A stretch of 64,000 nucleotides of DNA from Eledone cirrhosa (GCA_964016885.1 OZ024744.1:13640001-13704000); one strand, 5' to 3'; positions 1-14,380 are shown, counted from the stretch's first letter. Notes: generated by a model not told the origin, from the sequence alone. Program-made: numbers and translations.

Positions 1-1339
1 ATTGAGAGATCACAACTCCAATAATATGGACATGGGGTTTGAATGTCTCAGTACATCAGAGTGTCACTCCAGTTAAAGTTACTCTCTGAATTGTGAGATC
101 ACAATTCCTATACTATGGACATGGGGTTTGAAAGTCTCAGTAGATCAGAGTGTCACTCCAGTTAAAGCTACTCTCTAAATTGAGAGATTACAACTCCAAT
201 ACTATGGACATGGGGTTTGAATGTCTCAGTAGATCAGAGAGTCACTCCAGTTAAAGCTACTCTCTAAATTGAGAGATCACAACTCCCATACTATGGACAT
301 GTGGTTAGAATGTCTCAGTAGATTAGAGTGTCAATCCAGTTAAAGCTACTCTATAAATTGAGAGATCACAACTCCCATACTATGTACATGTGGGTAGAAT
401 GTCTCAGTAGATCAGAGAGTCACTCTAGTTAAAGCCACTAATTCTCTAAATTGAGAGATCACAACTCCCATACTATGGACATGTGGTTAGAATGTCTCAG
501 TAGATCAGAGAGAGAGTCACTCCTGTTAAGCCACTCTCTAAATTGAGAGATCACAACTTCCATACTATGGACATGTGGTTAGAATGTCTCAGTAGATCAG
601 AGAGTCACTCCAGTTAAAGCTACTCACTAAATCGAGAGATCACAACTCCCATACCATGGACATGGGGTTTGAATGTCTCAGTAGATCAGAGATTCACTCC
701 AGTTAAAGCTACTCTCTAAATTGAGAGATAACAACTCCAATACTATGGACATGTGGTTAGAATGTCTCAGTAGATTAGAGTGTCAATCCAGTTAAAGCTA
801 CTCTCTAAATTGAGAGATCACAACTCCCATACTATGGACATGTGGGTAGAATGTCTCAGTAGATCAGAGAGTCACTCCAGTTAAAGCCACTAATTCTCTA
901 AATTGAGAGATCACAACTCCCATACTATGGACATGGGGTTTGAATGTCTCAGTAGATCAGAGATTCACTCCAGTTAAAGCTACTCTCTAAATTGAGAGAT
1001 CACAACTCCAATACTATGGACATGGGGTTTGAAAGTCTCAGTAGATCAGAGTGTCACTCCAGTTAAAGCTACTCTCTAAATTAAGAGATTACAACTCCAA
1101 TACTATGGACATGTGGTTAGAATGTCTCAGTAGATTAGAAAGTCACTCCAGTTAAAGCCACTCTCTAAATTGAGAGATCACAACTCCAATACTATGGACA
1201 TGGGGTTAGAATGTCTCAGTAGATCAGAGTGTCACTCCAGTTAAAGCCACTCTCTAAATTGACAGATCACAACTACAATACTATGGTCATGTGGTTAGAA
1301 TATCTCAGTAGATCAGAGAGTCACTCCAGTTAAAGCTAC

Positions 1340-4300
1340 TCTATAAATTGAGAGATCACAACTCCAATACTATGGACATGGGGTTTGAAAATCTCAGTAG
1401 ATCAGAGTGTCACTCCAGTTAAAGCTACTCTCTAAATTGAGAGATCACAACTCCAATACTATGGACATTTGACTAGAATGTCTCAGTAGATCAGGGAGTC
1501 ATTCTTGTTAAAGCTACTCTCTAAATTGAGAGATCACAACTCCCATACTATGGACGTGTGGTTAGAATGTCTCAGTAGATCAGAGAATCACTCCAGTTAA
1601 AGCTACTCTCTAAATTGAGAGATCACAACTACCATACTATGAACATGTGGTTAGAATGTCTCAGTAGATCAGAGAGTCACTCCAGTTAAAGCTACTCTCT
1701 AAATTGAGAGATCACAACTCCCTTACTATGGAAATGTGGTTAGAATGTCTTCAGTAGATCAGAGAGTCACTCCAGTTAAAGCCACTCTCTAAATTGAGAG
1801 ATCACAACTTCAATACTATGGACATGTGGTTAGAATGTCTCAGTAGATAAGAGAGTAACTCCAGTTAAAGCTACTCACTAAATTGAGAGATCACAACTCC
1901 CATACCATGGACATGTGGTTTGAATGTCTCAGTAGATCAGAGATTCACTCCAGTTAAAGCTACTCTCTAAATTGAGAGATAACAACTCCAATACTATGGA
2001 CATGTGGTTAGAATGTCTCAGTAGATTAGAGTTTTAATCCAGTTAAAACTACTCTCTAAATTGAGAGATCACAACTCCCATACTATGGACATGTGGGTAG
2101 AATGTCTCAGTAGATCAGAGATTCACTCCAGTTAAAGCCACTCTCTAAATTGAGAGATCACAACTCCAATACTATGGACATGGTGTTAGAATGTCTCAGT
2201 AGATCAGAGTGTCACTCCAGTTAAAGCCACTCTCTAAATTGAGAGATCACAACTTCCATACTATGGACATGTGGTTAGAATGTCTCAGTAGATCAGAGAG
2301 TCACTCCAGTTAAAGCAATTCTCTAAGTTGAGAGATCACAACTCCAATACTATGGTCATGTGGTTAGAATGTCTCAGTAGATCAGAGAGTCACTCCAGTT
2401 AAAGCTACTCTCTAAATTGAGAGATCACAACTCCTATACTATGGACATGGCGTTAGAATGTCTCAGTAGATCAGAGTGTCACTCCAGTTAAAGCCACTCT
2501 CTAAATTGAGAGATCACAACTCCAATACTATGGACATGTGGTTAGAATGTCTCAGTAGATTAGAGAGTCACTCCAGTTAAAGCCACTCTCTAAATTGAGA
2601 GATCACAACTCCAATACTATGGACATGTGGTTAGAATGTCTCAGTAGATCAGAGTGTCACTCCAGTTAAAGCCACTCTCTAAATTGAGAGATCACAACTC
2701 CAATACTATGGACATGGGGTTAGAATGTCTCAGTAGATCAGAGTGTCACTCCAGTTAAAGCCACTCTCTAAATTGAGAGATCACAACTTCCATACTATGG
2801 ACATGTGGTTAGAATGTCTCAGTAGATCAGAGAGTCACTCCAGTTAAAGCAATTCTCTAAGTTGAGAGATCACAACTCCAATACTATGGTCATGTGGTTA
2901 GAATGTCTCAGTAGATCAGAGAGTCACTCCAGTTAAAGCCACTCTCTAAATTGAGAGATCACAACTCCAATAATATGGACATGGGGTTTGAATGTCTCAG
3001 TACATCAGAGTGTCACTCCAGTTAAAGTTACTCTCTAAATTGAGAGATCACAACTCCAATACTATGGACATGGGGTTTGAATGTCTCAGTAGATCAGAGA
3101 GTCACTCCAGTTAAAGCTACTCTCTGAATTGAGAGATCACAATTCCTATACTATGGACATGGGGTTTGAAAGTCTTAGTAGATCAGAGTGTCACTCCAGT
3201 TGAAGCTACTCTCTAAATTGAGAGATTACAACTCCAATACTATGGACATGGGGTTTGAATGTCTCAGTAGATCAGAGAGTCACTCCAGTTAAAGCTACTC
3301 TCTAAATTGAGAGATCACAACTCCCATACTATGGACATGTGGTTAGAATGTCTCAGTAGATCAGAGAGTCACTCCAGTTAAAGCTACTCTCTAAATTGAG
3401 AGATCACAACTCCCATACTATGGACATGTGGTTAGAATGTCTCAGTAGATCAGAGAGTCACTCCAGTTAAAGCCACTCTCTAAATTGAGAGATCACAACT
3501 CGCATACTATGGACATGTGGTTAGAATGTCTCAGTAGATCAGAGAGTCACTCCAGTTAAAGCTACTCTCTAAATTGAGAGATCACAACTCCCATAGTACG
3601 GACATGTGGTTAGAATGTCTCAGTAGATCAGAGAGTCACTCCAGTTAAAGCCACTCTCTAAATTGAGAGATCACAACTCGCATACTATGGACATGTGGTG
3701 AGAATGTCTCAGTAGATCAGAGAGTCACTCCAGTTAAAGCTACTCTATAAATTGAGAGATCACAACTCCAATATTATGGACATGGGGTTTGAAAATCTCA
3801 GTAGATCAGAGTGTCACTCCAGTTAAAGCTACTCTCTAAATTGAGAGATCACAACTCCAATACTATGGACATTTGACTAGAATGTCTCAGTAGATCAGGG
3901 AGTCATTCTTGTTAAAGCTACTCTCTAAATTGAGAGATCACAACTCCCATACTATGGACGTGTGGTTAGAATGTCTCAGTAGATCAGAGAATCACTCCAG
4001 TTAAAGCTACTCTCTAAATTTAGAGATCACAACTACCATACTATGAACATGTGGTTAGAATGTCTCAGTAGATCAGAGAGTCACTCCAGTTAAAGCTACT
4101 CTCTAAATTGTGAGATCACAACTCCCTTACTATGGAAATGTGGTTAGAATGTCTTCAGTAGATCAGAGAGTCACTCCAGTTAAAGCCACTCTCTAAATTG
4201 AGAGATCACAACTCCCATACTATGGACATGTGGTTAGAATGTCTCAGTAGATGAGAAAGTCACTCCAGTTAAAGCTACACTCTAAATTGAGAGATCACAA

Positions 4301-5090
4301 CTCCCATACTATGGACATGTGGTTAGAATGTCTCAGTAGATTAGAGTGTCAATCCAGTTAAAGCTACTCTCTAAATTGAGAGATCACAACTCCCATACTA
4401 TGGACATGTGGTTAGAATGTCTCAGTAGATCAGAGAGTCACTCCAGTTAAGCCACTCTCTAAATTGAGAGATCACAACTTCAATACTATGGACATGTGGT
4501 TAGAATGTCTCAGTAGATAAGAGAGTAACTCCAGTTAAAGCTACTCACTAAATTGAGAGATCACAACTCCCATACCATGGACATGTGGTTTGAATGTCTC
4601 AGTAGATCAGAGATTCACTCCAGTTAAAGCTACTCTCTAAATTGAGAGATAACAACTCCAATACTATGGACATGTGGTTAGAATGTCTCAGTAGATTAGA
4701 GTTTTAATCCAGTTAAAACTACTCTCTAAATTGAGAGATCACAACTCCCATACTATGGACATGTGGGTAGAATGTCTCAGTAGATCAGAGATTCACTCCA
4801 GTTAAAGCCACTCTCTAAATTGAGAGATCACAACTCCAATACTATGGACATGGTGTTAGAATGTCTCAGTAGATCAGAGTGTCACTCCAGTTAAAGCCAC
4901 TCTCTAAATTGAGAGATCACAACTTCCATACTATGGACATGTGGTTAGAATGTCTCAGTAGATCAGAGAGTCACTCCAGTTAAAGCAATTCTCTAAGTTG
5001 AGAGATCACAACTCCAATACTATGGTCATGTGGTTAGAATGTCTCAGTAGATCAGAGAGTCACTCCAGTTAAAGCTACTCTCTAAATTGA
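1340..5090 (+). repeat. Higher-order duplication: block ~1340-2400 repeated at ~3745-5090
   Basis: Rare marker TTTGACTAG has GACTAG at 1471 and 3875 (offset 2404 = 27x89+1). GTTTTAATCC is at 2031 and 4701 (offset 2670), so the second copy carries 3 extra monomers near 4197-4460. Confidence 0.85.
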
Positions 5091-7581
5091 GAGATCACAA
5101 CTCCAATACTATGGACATGGGGTTTGAAAGTCTCAGTAGATCAGAGTGTCACTCCAGTTAAAGCTACTCTCAAAATTGAGAGATTACAACTCAAATACTA
5201 TGGACATGGGGTTTCAATGTCTCAGTAGATCAGAGAGTCACTCCAGTTAAAGCTACTCTCTAAATTGAGAGATCACAACTCCCATACTATGGACATGTGG
5301 TTAGAATGTCTCAGTAGATCAGAGAGTCACTCCAGTTAAAGCTACTCTCTAAATTGAGAGATCACAACTCCCATACTATGGACATGTGGTTAGAATGTCT
5401 CAGTAAATCAGAGAGTCACTCCAGTTAAAGCCACTCTCTAAATTGAGAGATCACTACTCCCATACTATGGACATGTGTTTAGAATGTCTCAGTAGATCAG
5501 AGAGTCAATCCAGTTAAAGCTACTCTCTAAATTGAGAGATCACATCTCCTATACTATGGACATGGGGTTAGAATGTCTCAGTAGATCAGAGTGTCACTCC
5601 AGTTAAAGCCACTCTCTAAATTGAGAGATCACAACTCCCATACTATGGACATGTGGTTAGAATGTCTCAGTAGATCAGGGAGTCACTCCAGTTAAAGCCA
5701 CTCTCTAAATTGAGAGATCACAACTCGCATACTATGGACATGTGGTTAGAATGTCTCAGTAGATCAGAGAGTCACTCCAGTTAAAGCCACTCTCTAAATT
5801 GAGAGATCACAACTCCCATACTATGGACATGTGGTTAGAATGTCTCAGTAGATCAGAGAGTCACTCCAGTTAAAGCCACTCTCTAAATTGAGAGATCACA
5901 ACTCCAATACTATGGACATGTGGTTAGAATGTCTCAGTAGATTAGAGTGTCATTCCAGTTAAAGCTACTCTCTAAATTGAGAGATCACAACTTCCATACT
6001 ATGGACATGTGAGTAGAATGTCTCAGTAGATCAGAGAGTCACTCCAGTTAAAGCCACTCTCTAAATTGAGAGATCACAACTCCCATACTATGGACATGTG
6101 GTTAGAATGTCTCAGTAGATCAGAAAGTCATTCCAGTTAAAGCTACACTCTAAATTGAGAGATCACAATTCCTATACTATGGACATGGGATTAGAATGTC
6201 TCAGTAGATCAGAGTGTCACTCCAGTTAAAGCCACTCTCTAAATTGAGGGATCACAACTCCCATACTATGGACATGTGGTTAGAATGTCTCAGTAGATCA
6301 GAGAGTCACTCCAGTTAAAGCCACTCTCTAAATTGAGAGATCACAACTCCAATACTATGGACATGGGGTTTGAAAGTCTCAGTAGATTAGAGTGTCACTC
6401 CAGTTAAAGTTACTCTCTAAATTGAGAGATCACAACTTCCATACTATGGACATGTGGTTAGAATGTCTCAGTAGATCAGAAAGTCACTCCATTTAAAGCC
6501 ACTAATTCTCTAAATTGAGAGATCACAACTCCCATACTATGGACATGGGGTTTGAATGTCTCAGTAGATCAGAGATTCACTCCAGTTAAAGCCACTCTCT
6601 AAATTGAGAGATCACAACTCCAATACTATGGACATGGGGTTAGAACGTCTCAGTAGATCAGAGTGTCACTCCAGTTAACGCCACTCTCTAAAGTTAGAGA
6701 TCACAACTTCCATACTATGGACATGTGGTTAGAATGTCTCAGTAGATCAGAGAGTCACTCCAGTTAAAGCAACTCTCTAAATTGAGAGATCACAACTCCA
6801 ATAATATGGACATGGGGTTTGAATGTCTCAGTACATCAGAGTGTCACTCCAGTTAAAGTTACTCTCTAAATTGCGAGATCACAACTCCAATACTATGGAC
6901 ATGGGGTTTGAATGTCTCAGTAGATCAGAGAGTCACTCCAGTTAAAGCTACTCTCTAAATTGAGAGATCACAACTCCAATACTATGGACATGGGGTTTGA
7001 AAGTCTCAGTAGATCAGAGTGTCACTCCAGTTAAAGCTACTCTCTAAATTGAGAGATTACAACTCAAATACTATGGACATGGGGTTTCAATGTCTCAGTA
7101 GATCAGAGAGTCACTCCAGTTAAAGCTACTCTCTAAATTAAGAGATCACAACTCCTATACTATGGACATGGGGTTAGAATGTCTCAGTAGATCAGAGTGT
7201 CACTCCAGTTAAAGCCACTCTCTAAATTGAGAGATCACAACTCCCATACTATGGACATGTGGTTAGAATGTCTCAGTAGATCAGGGAGTCACTCCAGTTA
7301 AAGCCATTCTCTAAATTGAGAGATCACAACTCGCATACTATGGACATGTGGTTAGAATGTCTCAGTAGATCAGAGAGTCACTCCAGTTAAAGCCACTCTC
7401 TAAATTGAGAGATCACAACTCCCATACTATGGATATGTGGGTAGAATTTCTCAGTAGATCAGAGAGTCACTCCAGTTAAAGCCACACTCAAAATTGAGAG
7501 ATCACAACTCCAATACTATGGACATGTGGTTAGAATGTCTCAGTAGATCAGAGTGTCACTCCAGTTAAAGCCACTCTCTAA

Positions 7582-10500
7582 ATTGAGAGATCACAACTCC
7601 AATACTATGGACATGGGGTTTGAATGTCTCAGTAGATCAGAGAGTCACTTCAGTTAAAGCTACTCTCTAAATTGAGAGATCACAACTCCAATACAATGGA
7701 CATGGGGTTTGAAAGTCTCAGTAGATCAGAGTGTCACTCCAGTTAAAGCTACTCTCTAAATTGAGAGATTACAACTCCAATACTATGGACATGGGGTTTG
7801 AATGTCTCAGTAGATCAGAGAGTCACTCCAGTTAAAGCTACTCTCTAAATTGAGAGATCACAACTCCCATACTATGGACATGTGGTTAGAATGTCTCAGT
7901 AGATCAGAGAGTCACTCCAGTTAAAGCCACTCTCTAAATTGAAAGATCACAACTCCTATACTATGGACATGTGTTTAGAATGTCTCAGTAGATCAGAAAG
8001 TCACTCCAGTTAAAGCTACACTCTAAATTGAGAGATCACATCTCCTATACTATGAACATGGGGTTAGAATGTCTCAGTAGATCAGAGTGTCACTCCAGTT
8101 AAAGCCACTCTCTAAATTGAGAGATCACAACTCCCATACTATGGACATGTGGTTAGAATGTCTCAGTAGATCAGGGAGTCACTCCAGTTAAAGCCACTAT
8201 CTAAATTGAGAGATCACAACTCGCATACTATGGACATGTGGTTAGAATGTCTCAGTAGATCAGAGAGTCACTCCAGTTAAAGCCACTCTCTAAATTGAGA
8301 GATCACAACTCCCATACTATGGACATGTGGTTAGAATGTCTCAGTAGATAAGAGAGTCACTCCAGTTAAAGCCACTCTCTAAATTGAGAGATCACAACTC
8401 CAATACTATGGACATGTGGTTAGAATGTCTCAGTAGATTAGAGTGTCATTCCAGTTAAAGCTACTCTCTAAATTGAGAGATCACAACTTCCATACTATGG
8501 ACATGTGAGTAGAATGTCTCAGTAGATCAGAGAGTCACTCCAGTTAAAGCCACTAATTCTCTAAATTGAGAGATCACAACTCCCATACTATGGAAATGTG
8601 GTTAGAATGTCTCAGTAGATCAGAGAGTCACTCCAGTTAAAGCCACTCTCTAAATTGAGAGATCAGAACTCCCATACTATGGACATGTGGTTAGAATGTC
8701 TCAGTAGATCAGAAAGTCATTCCAGTTAAAGCTACACTCTAAATTGAGAGATCACAATTCCTATACTATGGACATGGGATTAGAATGTCTCAGTAGATCA
8801 GAGTGTCACTCCAGTTAAAGCCACTCTCTAAATTGAGGGATCACAACTCCCATACTATGGACATGTGGTTAGAATGTCTCAGTAGATCAGAGAGTCACTC
8901 CAGTTAAAGCCACTCTCTAAATTGAGAGATCACAACTCCAATACTATGGACATGGGGTTTGAAAGTCTCAGTAGATTAGAGTGTCACTCCAGTTAAAGTT
9001 ACCCTCTAAATTGAGAGATCACAACTTCCATACTATGGACATGTGGTTAGAATGTCTCAGTAGATCAGAAAGTCACTCCATTTAAAGCCACTAATTCTCT
9101 AAATTGAGAGATCACAACTCCCATACTATGGACATGGGGTTTGAATGTCTCAGTATATCAGAGATTCACTCAGGTTAAAGCCACTCTCTAAATTGAGAGA
9201 TCACAACTTCCATACTATGGACATGTGAGTAGAATGTCTCATTAGATCAGAGAGTCACTCCAGTTAAAGCCACTAATTCTCTAAATTGAGAGATCACAAC
9301 TCCCATACTATGGACATGTGGTTAGAATGTCTCAGTAGATCAGAGAGTCACTCCAGTTAAAGCTACTCTCTAAATTGAGAGATCACAACTCCCATACTAT
9401 GGACATGTGGTTAGCATGTCTCAGTAGATCAGAGAGTCACTCCAGTGAAAGCCACTCTCTAAATTGAGAGATCACAACTCCAATACTATGGACATGGGGT
9501 TAGAACGTCTCAGTAGATCAGAGTGTCACTCCAGTTAAAGCCACTCTCTAAATTGAGAGATCACAACTTCCATACTATGGACATGTGGTTAGAATGTCTC
9601 AGTAGATCAGAGAGTCACTCCAGTTAAAGCAACTCTCTAAGTTGAGAGATCACAACTCCAATACTATGGTCATGTGGTTAGAATGTCTCAGTAGATCAGA
9701 GAGTCACTCCAGTTAAAGCCACTCTCTAAATTGAGAGATCACAACTCCAATAATATGGACATGGGGTTTGAATGTCTCAGTACATCAGAGTGTCACTCCA
9801 GTTAAAGCCACTCTCTAAATTGAGAGATCACAACTTCCATACTATGGACATGTGGTTAGAATGTCTCAGTAGACGAGAGATTCACTCCAGTTAAAGCTAC
9901 TCTCTAAATTGAGAGATCACAACTCCCATACTATGGACATGGGGTTTGAATGTCTCAGTAGATCAGAGAGTCACTCCAGTTAAAGCTACTCTCTAAATTC
10001 TGAGATCACAACTCCAATACTATGGACATGGGGTTTGAATGTCTCAGTAGATCAGAGAGTCACTTCAGTTAAAGCTACTCTCTAAATTGAGAGATCACAA
10101 CTCCAATACTATGGACATGGGGTTTGAAAGTCTCAGTAGATCAGAGTGTCACTCCAGTTAAAGCTACTCTCTAAATTGAGAGATTACAACTCCAATACTA
10201 TGGACATGGGGTTTGAATGTCTCAGTAGATCAGAGAGTCACTCCAGTTAAAGCTACTCTCTAAATTGAGAGATCACAACTCCCATACTATGGACATGTGG
10301 TTAGAATGTCTCAGTAGATCAGAGAGTCACTCCAGTTAAAGCCACTCTCTAAATTGAAAGATCACAACTCCTATACTATGGACATGTGTTTAGAATGTCT
10401 CAGTAGATCAGAAAGTCACTCCAGTTAAAGCTACACTCTAAATTGAGAGATCACATCTCCTATACTATGGACATGGGGTTAGAATGTCTCAGTAGATCAG

Positions 10501-13500
10501 AGTGTCACTCCAGTTAAAGCCACTCTCTAAATTGAGAGATCACAACTCCCATACTATGGACATGTGGTTAGAATGTCTCAGTAGATCAGGGAGTCACTCC
10601 AGTTAAAGCCACTCTCTAAATTGAGAGATCACAACTCGCATACTATGGACATGTGGTTAGAATGTCTCAGTAGATCAGAGAGTCACTCCAGTTAAAGCCA
10701 CTCTCTAAATTGAGAGATCACAACTCCCATACTATCGACATGTGGTTAGAATGTCTCAGTAGATAAGAGAGTCACTCCAGTTAAAGCCACTCTCTAAATT
10801 GAGAGATCACAACTCCAATACTATGGACATGTGGTTAGAATGTCTCAGTAGATTAGAGTGTCATTCCAGTTAAAGCTACTCTCTAAATTGAGAGATCACA
10901 ACTTCCATACTATGGACATGTGAGTAGAATGTCTCAGTAGATCAGAGAGTCACTCCAGTTAAAGCCACTAATTCTCTAAATTGAGAGATCACAACTCCCA
11001 TACTATGGAAATGTGGTTAGAATGTCTCAGTAGATCAGAGAGTCACTCCAGTTAAAGCCACTCTCTAAATTGAGAGATCAGAACTCCCATACTATGGACA
11101 TGTGGTTAGAATGTCTCAGTAGATCAGAAAGTCATTCCAGTTAAAGCTACACTCTAAATTGAGAGATCACAATTCCTATACTATGGACATGGGATTAGAA
11201 TGTCTCAGTAGATCAGAGTGTCACTCCAGTTAAAGCCACTCTCTAAATTGAGGGATCACAACTCCCATACTATGGACATGTGGTTAGAATGTCTCAGTAG
11301 ATCAGAGAGTCACTCCAGTTAAAGCCACTCTCTAAATTGAGAGATCACAACTCCAATACTATGGACATGGGGTTTGAAAGTCTCAGTAGATTAGAGTGTC
11401 ACTCCAGTTAAAGTTACCCTCTAAATTGAGAGATCACAACTTCCATACTATGGACATGTGGTTAGAATGTCTCAGTAGATCAGAAAGTCACTCCATTTAA
11501 AGCCACTAATTCTCTAAATTGAGAGATCACAACTCCCATACTATGGACATGTGGTTTGAATGTCTCAGTAGATCAGAGATTCACTCAGGTTAAAGCCACT
11601 CTCTAAATTGAGAGATCACAACTTCCATACTATGGACATGTGAGTAGAATGTCTCATTAGATCAGAGAGTCACTCCAGTTAAAGCCACTAATTCTCTAAA
11701 TTGAGAGATCACAACTCCCATACTATGGACATGTGGTTAGAATGTCTCAGTAGATCAGAGAGTCACTCCAGTTAAAGCTACTCTCTAAATTGAGAGATCA
11801 CAACTCCCATACTATGGACATGTGGTTAGCATGTCTCAGTAGATCAGAGAGTCACTCCAGTGAAAGCCACTCTCTAAATTGAGAGATCACAACTCCAATA
11901 CTATGGACATGGTGTTAGAACGTCTCAGTAGATCAGAGTGTCACTCCAGTTAAAGCCACTCTCTAAATTGAGAGATCACAACTTCCATACTATGGACATG
12001 TGGTTAGAATGTCTCAGTAGATCAGAGAGTCACTCCAGTTAAAGCAACTCTCTAAGTTGAGAGATCACAACTCCAATACTATGGTCATGTGGTTAGAATG
12101 TCTCAGTAGATCAGAGAGTCACTCCAGTTAAAGCCACTCTCTAAATTGAGAGATCACAACTCCAATAATATGGACATGTGGTTTGAATGTCTCAGTACAT
12201 CAGAGTGTCACTCCAGTTAAAGTTACTCTCTAAATTGAGAGATCACAACTCCAATACTATGGACATGGGGTTTGAATGTCTCAGTAGATCAGAGAGTCAC
12301 TCCAGTTAAAGCTACTCTCTAAATTGAGAGATCACAACTCCCATACTATGGACATGTGGTTAGAATGTCTCAGTAGATCAGAGAGTCACTCCAGTTAAAG
12401 CCACTCTCTAAATTGAAAGATCACAACTCCTATACTATGGACATGTGTTTAGAATGTCTCAGTAGATCAGAAAGTCACTCCAGTTAAAGCTACACTCTAA
12501 ATTGAGAGATCACATCTCCTATACTATGGACATGGGGTTAGAATGTCTCAGTAGATCAGAGTGTCACTCCAGTTAAAGCCACTCTCTAAATTGAGAGATC
12601 ACAACTCCCATACTATGGACATGTGGTTAGAATGTCTCAGTAGATCAGGGAGTCACTCCAGTTAAAGCCACTCTCTAAATTGAGAGATCACAACTCGCAT
12701 ACTATGGACATGTGGTTAGAATGTCTCAGTAGATCAGAGAGTCACTCCAGTTAAAGCCACTCTCTAAATTGAGAGATCACAACTCCCATACTATGGACAT
12801 GTGGTTAGAATGTCTCAGTAGATAAGAGAGTCACTCCAGTTAAAGCCACTCTCTAAATTGAGAGATCACAACTCCAATACTATGGACATGTGGTTAGAAT
12901 GTCTCAGTAGATTAGAGTGTCATTCCAGTTAAAGCTACTCTCTAAATTGAGAGATCACAACTTCCATACTATGGACATGTGAGTAGAATGTCTCAGTAGA
13001 TCAGAGAGTCACTCCAGTTAAAGCCACTAATTCTCTAAATTGAGAGATCACAACTCCCATACTATGGAAATGTGGTTAGAATGTCTCAGTAGATCAGAGA
13101 GTCACTCCAGTTAAAGCCACTCTCTAAATTGAGAGATCAGAACTCCCATACTATGGACATGTGGTTAGAATGTCTCAGTAGATCAGAAAGTCATTCCAGT
13201 TAAAGCTACACTCTAAATTGAGAGATCACAATTCCTATACTATGGACATGGGATTAGAATGTCTCAGTAGATCAGAGTGTCACTCCAGTTAAAGCCACTC
13301 TCTAAATTGAGGGATCACAACTCCCATACTATGGACATGTGGTTAGAATGTCTCAGTAGATCAGAGAGTCACTCCAGTTAAAGCCACTCTCTAAATTGAG
13401 AGATCACAACTCCAATACTATGGACATGGGGTTTGAAAGTCTCAGTAGATTAGAGTGTCACTCCAGTTAAAGTTACCCTCTAAATTGAGAGATCACAACT

Positions 13501-14380
13501 TCCATACTATGGACATGTGGTTAGAATGTCTCAGTAGATCAGAAAGTCACTCCATTTAAAGCCACTAATTCTCTAAATTGAGAGATCACAACTCCCATAC
13601 TATGGACATGTGGTTTGAATGTCTCAGTAGATCAGAGATTCACTCAGGTTAAAGCCACTCTCTAAATTGAGAGATCACAACTTCCATACTATGGACATGT
13701 GAGTAGAATGTCTCATTAGATCAGAGAGTCACTCCAGTTAAAGCCACTAATTCTCTAAATTGAGAGATCACAACTCCCATACTATGGACATGTGGTTAGA
13801 ATGTCTCAGTAGATCAGAGAGTCACTCCAGTTAAAGCTACTCTCTAAATTGAGAGATCACAACTCCCATACTATGGACATGTGGTTAGCATGTCTCAGTA
13901 GATCAGAGAGTCACTCCAGTGAAAGCCACTCTCTAAATTAAGAGATCACAACTCCAATACTATGGACATGGTGTTAGAACGTCTCAGTAGATCAGAGTGT
14001 CACTCCAGTTAAAGCCACTCTCTAAATTGAGAGATCACAACTTCCATACTATGGACATGTGGTTAGAATGTCTCAGTAGATCAGAGAGTCACTCCAGTTA
14101 AAGCAACTCTCTAAGTTGAGAGATCACAACTCCAATACTATGGTCATGTGGTTAGAATGTCTCAGTAGATCAGAGAGTCACTCCAGTTAAAGCCACTCTC
14201 TAAATTGAGAGATCACAACTCCAATAATATGGACATGGGGTTTGAATGTCTCAGTACATCAGAGTGTCACTCCAGTTAAAGTTACTCTCTAAATTGAGAG
14301 ATCACAACTCCAATACTATGGACATGGGGTTTGAATGTCTCAGTAGATCAGAGAGTCACTCCAGTTAAAGCTACTCTCTA
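7582..14380 (+). repeat. Higher-order repeat, three copies with 27-mer then 23-mer spacing
   Basis: Markers CAGGTT at 9171/11586/13645 and TTAGCATG at 9411/11826/13885 give offsets 2415 (27x89+12) and 2059 (23x89+12). The +12 equals three 93-bp monomers per unit. Confidence 0.9.

Noticed and set aside
1-89. Tandem tRNA, 5S rRNA or snRNA gene cluster
   Set aside because: No cloverleaf, T-loop GTTCGA, Pol III A/B/C boxes or oligo-T terminator is recognisable on either strand.
501-530. Extra AGAG (and 2-bp deletions in the same tract near 16400, 17650, 20340 and 22940)
   Set aside because: These are ordinary slippage events in a short (AG)n tract, useful only as markers.
1201-1210. Telomere-like GGGTTAG motif
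   Set aside because: It is a single motif in only some monomer variants and is never tandem.
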